From Octopus vulgaris (Eukaryota): a DNA stretch of 64,000 nucleotides. Location: positions 75,392,001 to 75,456,000 of the forward strand of contig OX597830.1 of NCBI GenBank assembly GCA_951406725.2, given 5' to 3'. This document shows positions 53,898 to 64,000 of this stretch, in pieces; positions within the stretch are counted from its first letter, which is position 1; every line of letters starts with the position of its first letter. Position numbers and translations under genes: made by a program. The notes under the pieces were generated by a model, which was not told the DNA's origin, did no database searches, and was given only the letters and a program-made list of their open reading frames with translations.

Positions 53898-54314
53898 GCT
53901 GCCGTTGTTATCGTTTTTGCTGCTGTTGGTAGGATTACCACTGTTGCTCATGTTGCTGCTATTTTTTGTTCTTACTGTTGTTGTTGTTGTTGTTGTTGTT
54001 GTTGCTGTTGTTCATGCTGCTGCTGCTGCTGCTGTGGTTGCTCTTGCAGCTTTTAATGCTGTGGTTGCTGTTGCTGTCGCTGTTGTTGTTGCTGCTGCTG
54101 CCGCTGCTGCTGTTTCTGCAGCTGTTACTGTTGATGCTGTTGTTGTTGTGAATTCTGCTGTTGTTGCCGTCATCGTTGTTGTAGCTGCTGCTCTTGCTGC
54201 TGGCGCTGCTGTTGCTCTTGCAGCTGCTGCTATTGCTGCTGGTGCTGTTGTTGTCACCCACCCTACATTAACCTTAATCGTGCACACCCATGATCAAAGG
54301 CAATAAACCCTGCC

Positions 54315-54369
54315 GATCTCTCTCCCTTTTTCCTTCACTAAGGAATTATTATTCTCTCTCTTTTTAACA

Positions 54370-54419
<50 letters not shown>

Positions 54420-55125
54420 CATTTCTCATAGACTGAAACTCATCGATACACTCCCACTTTTTCTGATGTACCTGTCTCTCTCTCTTTCAATTTTCACTCT
54501 CACTACTCCTCTCTTTCTCACTCCCCACTCTCTCTCTCTTTTTCTTACACTCTTCCACTTGTCTATCTCTTCCCTCTCAATCTCCCTCTCCCTCTACTTT
54601 TCTTTCACTCTTTTCTCTCTCATACATTCTATCTTTCAACCTCTCTATCTTACACTACCCTTCTTCCTCTTGCTCTCTCCTCTTTCTCTCTTACTCTGTC
54701 TCTCAGACAGTCCTCTCTCTCCGTGTTATTCTCTTTTCTCTCTCCTACTCTCTTATCTCTTTCTCTTGCCTCTTGCCTCTCTCACACTCTTACTATCTCC
54801 TCTCTCAAACTCATCTCTCTCTTTCTCCCTTTTTCTGTTTCTCCTCTATCTCTCACCTTCTTCCCTCTCTTTCCCTTACTTCTCTTATCACTCTCTTACT
54901 CTCTTCTCTTTCCTTTACTCTCTAATCTGTCCCTTACTCTCCTCTCTTTCTGTTGCTCTCCGCTCTTACTACAACACTCTCCTCTCTCTCTCTCACTGAC
55001 TCTCTCCCTCTCTTTCTCTTATTCTCTCATCACTCTCTTTCTCTCTTTTTCGCTTCCTTCTTTCTCACCCTCTCTATATCTCTATCCTTTTATAACTGAA
55101 ATATCCTATTTTTCCACATTCTTTT
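54315..55125. repeat. Degenerate CT-rich polypyrimidine tract
   Basis: About 800 bp with very few G on the + strand; a similar tract lies at about 56820-57830. Confidence 0.9.
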
Positions 55126-55402
55126 AAAAATTTCCACATTGATCCTTTTTCGTCCTTCATTTACTTCTAACTTCACTCAGACTCGCACTCCTTGAAGCTC
55201 AAAGTTATCTTTTCACATTTGTAGCTTCACATTGCCTTCTTCTCTTTGACACACACATACAACACTCACTCACACACGCACAAAACAGGCACACACAAAC
55301 ACGTAAACACACCGATACTCAAAGTTATGTTTGCCAATTTGCATTTTCAATTTCCGTTTCTCTCTCCTTCTATCTCTCTCTATCACCCTATCACTTTCTC
55401 TT

Positions 55403-55441
<39 letters not shown>

Positions 55442-55495
55442 CATACTCGCGTGGTCACATACAAACTCACGCTCAATGAAGGTTAAAGTTATCTG

Positions 55496-55731
55496 CAGTA
55501 ATCCCTCTCCATATCGCGGTTCACTGATTGCGCACTCAGTACATCGCGGTTTACCTATCACGCACTCATTACATCGCGGATTTTTCTGACTAATATATGT
55601 AAATTTTCAATATATATAAACTCCTTAGTATATCGCGGATTTCCGCTGTCGATACATATATTCTTTTAGATTTTAATTACTTCTGTGGGAGATTTTGGAA
55701 CGTTACACCCGCGACAATCAATAGATTACTG
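55496..55731. mobile_element. pogo/Tigger-like MITE
   Basis: Termini CAGTAATC / GATTACTG followed by TA; four internal ATCGCGG repeats. Confidence 0.75.
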
Positions 55732-56119
55732 TACTTGCATTTGAGCTTTCATTTCCAATACTACTTTTCTCCTTTTCTTCCTCTCTCTTTCTTTCTCTTA
55801 TTTTCTAATTCTCATTAACTGAAACTTAAAATTACTATACCACCTTTATATTTCCACATTCACCTTTTCACCAATTCGCTTTCTACTAGTCCTGCATTCA
55901 TCTCTGTTTCTAGCGTTTCCATGAACTCATTTTCAAAATTATCTTTCCACTTTCTCTAGCATTTTCGCTCTACCGCTTTCATCCTCTCAATAAAAAATCT
56001 ATTTTCCACCTTCCTTAAGTTAGCAGTTTCACAATTCACTTCTTTATTTTTATTGCTTACATCTGTCTGTCTATCTGTCTGTCCCTGTCTCTCACCGTCC
56101 CTCTCTTTATCTATCTATC

Positions 56120-56211
<92 letters not shown>

Positions 56212-56319
56212 AATCTATCACCCTATCATCCTTTCTTTATCTATCTCTATCTCTATTCATGTCTCCTTCTTTCCCTCTCTCTCTCTCCTGCTCTTCCACA
56301 TTTTCTTCACTTCCACCGG

Positions 56320-56800
56320 CATGGTAATGGCATTATAGTTAAGAATCTCATCTTGCGATCACGTGGCTTCGAATTCGATCCCACTTCGTGGTACCTTGGG
56401 CTAGAAATGCCATGTATTATATCTATGGGTCGACCAATGCATTGTGAGTGAATTTGGTGGTCAGAAATTGTGGCGGCCTGTCGTATACATACATACATAC
56501 ATACATACATACATACATACATACATACATAGAAATGCTCTCACACACGTAAATATATATATATGCGACTGTGTGTATTTGTGTCTTATTCTGAGTGCAA
56601 CACTCACTAACCATTTGACAGTAGGTGTTGTTTTGTTTACATCCCCGTAACTTAGCGTTTCTTCATAAGAGTGACTGACAGAATCAATACCTCACTTTAC
56701 AAAAACAGAAGTACTGTTATCAATTTGCTTCACTAAATCTCTTGAAAGCAATGTTCCAGCATGGCTGCAGTCCAATGACTGAAACACGTAAAATTTGAAA
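56320..56800 (+). mobile_element. Diverged SINE family B with internal (CATA)n
   Basis: TGTGAGTGAATTTGGT...CCCCGTAACTTAGCG...CCAGCATGGCTGCAGTCCAATGACTGAAAC. Confidence 0.75.
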
Positions 56801-57218
56801 GATATATTCCATTCCTAAATCTCCTTTCTCCTCTGTCTTGGACACATACATACACGCATTCTCTCTCTCACCTCCCACTCTCTCTCATAGACACACACTC
56901 TCTCCCAGACTTTCTCTCTCTCTCTCTCTCTCTCTCTGTAGACCCTTTTTATTCTCTCTCTGTCTCTCTTTCTTTCTAGCTGCCCCATTCATGGAAACTC
57001 ATCTATAACTTTCCACTTACGTTCTAGTTTTCTCTTTCTCCCCTTCCTCCTCCTCCTCTTTCTCCTCCTCCTCCTCCTCATTATCATCTTTCTCCCTTCC
57101 TCTCTCTCTTTCCTTATCGTCATTCTCGCATCCTCTCACTTTCCTTCTGATCATTTTCACTCCCAACTCTCTCTCCCTCTCTCTCTCTCTCTTTCTGTCT
57201 GTCTGTCTGCCTCTCTCC

Positions 57219-57255
<37 letters not shown>

Positions 57256-57403
57256 ATTCATTCATTCAAACAAAACTTATCTATATTTTCCACATTTTCT
57301 TAATTTTCGATTTCACATTTCTTCCGCCATCTTTCCCTCTCTTTCTCTCTCTCTCTCACTCTCTTTCACTCTCAGCTTCTCAACCTGTCCGTCTGTCTGT
57401 CAG

Positions 57404-57437
<34 letters not shown>

Positions 57438-57968
57438 ATACAAACATCGCTCACTCATACACAAACTTACATCTATCTTTTCATTTTTAATTTCCCGCTC
57501 TTTCAAATACACAAGCTTTCACTCTTTTTCTCCTTTTCGTATCACTCTTACTCTTTCCATTTCTCCTCTCCATCGCTTTCTCACTCATTCTAACATTTAA
57601 ATATTTCTCTCCCCATCTCTCTCTCTCTCTCTCTCTCTCTCTTTATTGACTTCTTTATTCCATTTCTTTTTTTTCATCGCTTTCCTTCTCTTTTTCCATT
57701 TTTCTCTCTCTCTCTTTCTCTGTTAATTTCACTTTATTACTCTCTCTCACTTACCCTATCCCTGTGTGACAATCACTCTCTCTTTCTCTTTCTTTCATTC
57801 TCTCTTTCACTCTCTTTAGCTCCTTTGCGCTCTCTAAGGAAACAAATAATAGGATACCACTACTACCACTGCGATGGCTACTGCTGCTGCTAATATTTTC
57901 GTTGCTCTTGTTAATGATGACGATGATGATGATAATGATGATGATGATGATAATGATGATGATGATGG

Positions 57969-58005
<37 letters not shown>

Positions 58006-58036
58006 GATGATGATCATGATGATTATTATTATTATT

Positions 58037-58091
<55 letters not shown>

Positions 58092-58672
58092 CGGCAATGG
58101 TGACAATACTGTTCAAGATGATGATGATGATGCTGGTGATGATAATGATGATGGTGACGAAGATGAAGACGAAACGACGACGATGGTTGTCGTGGTGGTG
58201 GTCGTGGTGGTAGTGGTGGCAGTGCTGTGATCAACTTCCTCTTCTTTCTTCCTTAGCCTTCTGCATTGTTTATTTTCTTTCTTTCCTTTTTCCTCCTTCT
58301 CCTCATGCCACTCCTCATCCTCCACCAACACCCGCACCCATCCCATTCCATCCCGTCCCATCCACCCCACTTTTCCTTTTCCAAGCTGCTGAAACAAAAC
58401 TGGATGCAGTCTTGCAGTGAATCGAATGAAAGAAAGCAAGCTCGGCTGAAGATGGTTTCGTGAAGCTTGGTTGATGGATGTGTGTGTGTGTATGTGTGTG
58501 TGTGTGTGTACGTGTGTGTGTGCGTGCTAGTGTCTGTAATATGTATATACACACGCACGCATATATATATGTGTGTGTGTGTGTGGGTGTGTGTGTGCGG
58601 TGTATGTGTATGTGCATTATATATGTATACACATAAATACATATGTATATACACACACGCACACACCCACAC

Positions 58673-58714
<42 letters not shown>

Positions 58715-58806
58715 TTACATATACTTATATACACACTCATATATATATATGAACCATAAGATGCATATATATATATATACGTATGTATATACATATATAT
58801 GTATAT

Positions 58807-58873
<67 letters not shown>

Positions 58874-59137
58874 TTACACACACATTTACATATATAGTTA
58901 TTTATGTATATGTATATATATATATACATGTAAATATACATTACATACATATATACACACACACATGCACATATATATATATACGTACCTACACATTCGT
59001 ATGCATCTATTTATGCTTGTGTATATATATGTATATATATGTATATATCACACACACACACATATATATCACGCATTTCACACGCACACACACTTCCCCA
59101 ATCTCTCTCTTACTCTATCTCCTCTCTCACTTTGAGT

Positions 59138-59178
<41 letters not shown>

Positions 59179-59247
59179 TACATAGAGAAAGAGAGACAAT
59201 AAATTTATGTGACAGAGATATAGACAGAAGGAGGAGAGAAAAGGTAC

Positions 59248-59313
<66 letters not shown>

Positions 59314-59378
59314 CTATGAATAAGAGTAAAGTGAGGCGAATTGTGGGACAGAAACAAAGATTCAGAGACAGAGCAAGA

Positions 59379-59409
<31 letters not shown>

Positions 59410-59809
59410 GGAGATTGGGAAAAAGAAAGAGAAAGAAAGAGAGAGAGAGTGAGTGAGTCAATGAAATGAATGTCTAAAGAGAAGGTACGACTGAGTGATA
59501 GTGAGAGGTAAAACGAAAGGGGGCAAAAAGAGAAAAGATGGATGATGGTGGCAGTGGTGGGGAGGCAATATTGACAGGATGATGAGGGGGGGGGTTCATA
59601 TGTGGAATACGGGGAGGGGTTATGTGATGTGCAGTGGAGTGTATTGGAGTGAGGTGAAGTAGTAGTGGTAGCAGTGTAAGTGGGGGAAAGGGAGGTGGGG
59701 CGACTGTCGGTATGGTGGTGTTTTCCCTTTGATCAGCCAAGCATGGATGTCGAATCAAGCATGGCGTGGAAAGCTCTAATACACAGCACAGCCACCGTAC
59801 GTAGGCTCT

Positions 59810-59900
59810 ACTGCTACCACTACCACTACCACCTTCACTACCGCCAACATCACCACCACCACTACCATCACTAATTCTACCACTACTACTACTGCTGCTG

Positions 59901-59938
<38 letters not shown>

Positions 59939-59992
59939 GCCGAACACTAATTCCATTATCATCATCATTGTCGCCGTCATCATCACCACCAC

Positions 59993-60034
<42 letters not shown>

Positions 60035-62010
60035 TTTCATCATCGTCATCATCATCGTCATCATCATCATAATCATCATCGTATTCGTCATCATAATCAT
60101 CATCATCATTTTCATCATCGTAATCATCATCATCGTATTCATCATCATCGTAATCATCATCATCGTAATCATCATAATCATCACCATCATCATCGTTATC
60201 CTCATCATCCCCCCTACCACCGCTGTCGCTACTACCGCCCTTGTCATCACATCCACTGCCTTATCGTCATCACTATTACTGCCACTACAACAACTACAAC
60301 CAACACCAGCACCTGTACCAGCACCACTGCTGTTACCTTCACTGCAAACACTGCAAAATATACCACTATACCAACATCGTCACCGCTACCACTTTACTAC
60401 TACCACCAACACCATGACCACCGCCTAAATAACACTTCTGTCAATTTTATAATTGCAAATACTATCAGCTTCATCACCACCACTACCATCACCATTACAA
60501 CCACCACCTTCACTGTCATCACCATAACCACCACCGCTACCACCATCACCACTCCGCCATCTCCACAGCTACTATCACCATCACGCCCATCACCACCACA
60601 TTCATCATCACCACCACCGCCACCGTCACCAGTGCCATCATTACAACAACTACCGCCTCCGCCGCCGATGCCACCACCATCATAACCACTTCCGCTACTA
60701 CCACCAGTATACTACTTCCATCCGCTTATACCATTTCCAACCGTTCTACCAAAGTTACCATTCACACTATTACCATCACAACCACCACTGCTACCACCAT
60801 CACTGACACCACCACCATCACCACCACTACAATCGTCACTGCCACCAATATCATCACCTCCACCAACACCATCATTACTGCCACCACCACCATCATCACA
60901 GCCACCACCACCACCACCACCACCATCACCATCTTTACCGCCACCACCACCACCATCATCACAGCCACCACTACCACCATCACCATCATTACCATCACCA
61001 TCTTTACCGCCACCACTACCACCGTCATCTCCACCACCATCACCATCATTACCGCCACCACCATCGCCTGTAACTAAAACACATCCTACAAACTACCTTC
61101 AACTACAACAATAAACAAACATTGCTGACACCAGAAACACTACCTCCACCACCACCACCACCACCACCGCTACGCCACCGCCACCACCACCATAATTTTT
61201 TACCAATAACAGTACTACCTCCGAAACTGTCACCTTCTTTCACGAACACTGCCATCAAATGCACACACACCCACCACCACTACCGCCAATACAAAGCATC
61301 GGCCAGAACACCTCATAATTGAAACGACCACTAACAACAACAACAGCAACAACAACAACAACAGCAACCAAGGGAATATTTAAATTGTCTCCCAGTGTGT
61401 TAGAAATAGCACCAAACTATCCCTCAAATCACGCCTCTGCCATTTTAGTAAAGGTGACGTTAGTTAATGAAGGCCAGGTTCACAGCCGCTTAGTAAAATT
61501 GCACGATGGTCATGACTAGGATGATTTTTGCTATAGGTATACTCGTTTGAGGCTGACCTAGGGCTAAAGAACAAGCAAAACTCCAACAACAAGATGGCGA
61601 CCAAATGATGGATTTACTTCCTGCTCACTTGACTTGCTGGATAGCGCAGCAGCATCTCTAATGAATCGTAGACTACTTTTTGCAGATACGATCATTGACT
61701 AAAATGGTCTTATCCAGTGTGGGCATGGCTGGAATGTCTATGCTATAATAGCGAAAATAACAAAAGAAGGACACTCGGTTTTCTGGGAATAGCAGTCAAA
61801 TGTTTCACATATTTCCTTGTTTAGCTTCAACAGAAGGATACATAATTTGCTAGAAATAGCAGCCACATGTACCTCAAATGTCACCATTAGTTCTTTGAAT
61901 GAAGAACACGTGGGATATGGTAGTTTTAACAACAGTCAAAAACAGAGAGTGGTCAAGGATGAATGGCTGTTGACCTGGGCTAAACAGCAACTACAACAAT
62001 AACAACAACA

Positions 62011-62056
<46 letters not shown>

Positions 62057-63181
62057 TTACAACGGAAATAGCCAGTAGAATAGCAATTAAGCAATGACCA
62101 CAAGTATAACAACAATAAGAAGAGTAACAACAACAACAGCTATAATCCCAATAACCACTGCAAAAACACTACAACCGCATCCACCACCACAAACGCCGCC
62201 GCTGACGCCAGCAACACCACCACCGACGTCCATCAGCACTGCGGTCACCACCACCACCTCCTCTGTCGAGATCGACACGACTACCGCTGGTCACTCTGCT
62301 GGACAGACTACATGTACCACTACCACAGACATCGCCATAAATCCATTTGCGCCACCACCGCCTTCCCGTTCGTTGGTGCATTAGAGAATGGTTATCCTCA
62401 AACCATTCCCCCAAAGAAGCTTCTCTTTCTCTCCCTCTCTTTCCCTTCGTTCCTCTCTCTCCCTACCTTCCATCTTCTCTTTCTCTCTACCACCACCATC
62501 ACCACCAACTTCACTAACTCACCGGAAGCTACAGTCAGTATATTAACTATCATCATCCCCACTGCTACCACCAACACCAATACCACTACCACCATTCCCG
62601 CCACCACCACCAATACCACTACCACCATTCCCGCCACCACCACCACTACCAGTCACCACCACAACCACCTCCACCACCAAAACCACTACCACCGCCACTA
62701 CACCACCACCTCCATCACCACAACCACTACTACCACTACCACCACTACTATCACCACCACCCACACTACAGACAGCACCGCCACCAATATTACAACAGCA
62801 CTATTCCAGTCATTTTACTACAACCACCACCACCATCATCATCATCACGATTGCTACCATCATCACCCCACCACAGTCCACGACTAATAGTACTACCACC
62901 ACCGCCACATTTTCCCACCAACTGCTAAACGCACGACCACCCTCAACACCGCCACTACCACCAGCACCTCGCTGCTCCTGTTACAGACTGCACCATCACC
63001 ACCACCGCTACCATCACCTCCCTCACCATTACCACCACAATTACACTACAATTATTACCACTAACACTACCACCTCCACCACTACCACCATTAACATTTC
63101 CAGCATCACTACTCTCACCAGCACCATTAGTAACGCCACCATCACTATTGCTACTACTACTACGACCTCTTCTGCTCCTCT

Positions 63182-63224
<43 letters not shown>

Positions 63225-63354
63225 GCTGATGATGATGATACTACTATTACTACTACTACTACTACTGGTACTACTACTGCTGCTGCTACTGATACTACTA
63301 CTACCACTACCACTATTACTGCTGCTGCTGCTGCTGCAACTGCTGCTACTACTA

Positions 63355-63393
<39 letters not shown>

Positions 63394-63490
63394 GTACTGC
63401 TGCTGCTGATACTACTACTACTACTACTATTGCTGCTGCTGCTACTACTGGAGACAATATCACCCCCCGCCTCCCCCACCATCATCATCA
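59810..63490. repeat. Large degenerate trinucleotide field (ACC/ACT/ATC/GCT)
   Basis: Direct reading; interrupted by retroposon tails at 61390-62010. Confidence 0.9.
61390..62010 (+). repeat. Two or three diverged copies of a retroposon 3' tail ending in (CAA)n
   Basis: TAGAAATAGCA..CA....CCTCAAAT...GGTCA.GA...TGACCT.GG(G)CTAAA.A.CAA occurs at 61400-61590 and 61850-62010. Confidence 0.6.
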
Positions 63491-63749
63491 ACAACACGAC
63501 TAACATACTCTCTCTTCGTCCCTTTTCTTCCATAACCCCTCTCTTTATAATCCCCTTCATCTCTATTTTACTCTCTCCCCTCATCGTTCCTCTATGCTTT
63601 CTCATTAAATACTCAAGCTTTTCGCGCCTATTCCCCCCAACATCATTCTTCATCTCTTCAAAACTTGTTATTCCTATTCTTTTTCTTCTTCTTCTTCTTC
63701 ACTTATTTTGATTCTCCTTCTCTTTCTCCTTCAGTTTCACATTTTTACT

Positions 63750-63787
<38 letters not shown>

Positions 63788-64000
63788 TCTCTCTCTCTCT
63801 CTCTCTCCTTCTCTCTCACTTTTCTCTCTCCCTCTCTCCCACTTTCTCTCTCTCTCTCTCTCTCTCTCACTCTCTCACTCATTCACTGAATCTCCATACC
63901 TTTCGTATCATTCATTCTTACTCTGAAAATTTTGTCTCTCAAACATTATATTTCTGAAACATTCCACCTTTCTTTTCTAACTTGTCTTTATCTCTCTCTA

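Noticed and set aside
59810-63490. Thr/Pro/His-rich ORFs resembling a mucin or adhesive protein
   Set aside because: Frames are short and broken by stops and shifts, occur on both strands, and are explained by degenerate ACC/ACT/ATC repeats.

Overview
AT-rich eukaryotic DNA, very rich in microsatellites, with no recognisable host protein-coding gene, rRNA, genuine tRNA or CRISPR array. It is most likely intergenic or deep intronic. The repeat families resemble those I recall from octopus (coleoid cephalopod) genomes; this is inference, not a search result. Almost all ORFs in the track are translations of simple repeats or SINEs. Supported content: (1) many tRNA-headed SINEs of at least three head types, several with clear target-site duplications; (2) two 5'-truncated L1/Tx1-clade LINE copies, each inside (TATC)n, whose 3' end matches the tail of one SINE family; (3) decayed R4/Dong-clade and RTE-clade LINE fragments; (4) non-autonomous DNA elements (Tc1/mariner, pogo-like and hAT MITEs, an unclassified TIR element, and a complete Helitron nested in a mariner MITE); (5) several hammerhead-ribozyme-like motifs and AT-rich palindromes suggestive of Penelope-like elements. 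The most notable observations are the candidate (GATA)n-targeting Tx1 element with a partner SINE, a modular SINE head carrying four different tails, and a locally templated insertion into an old SINE. All alignments were done by eye.
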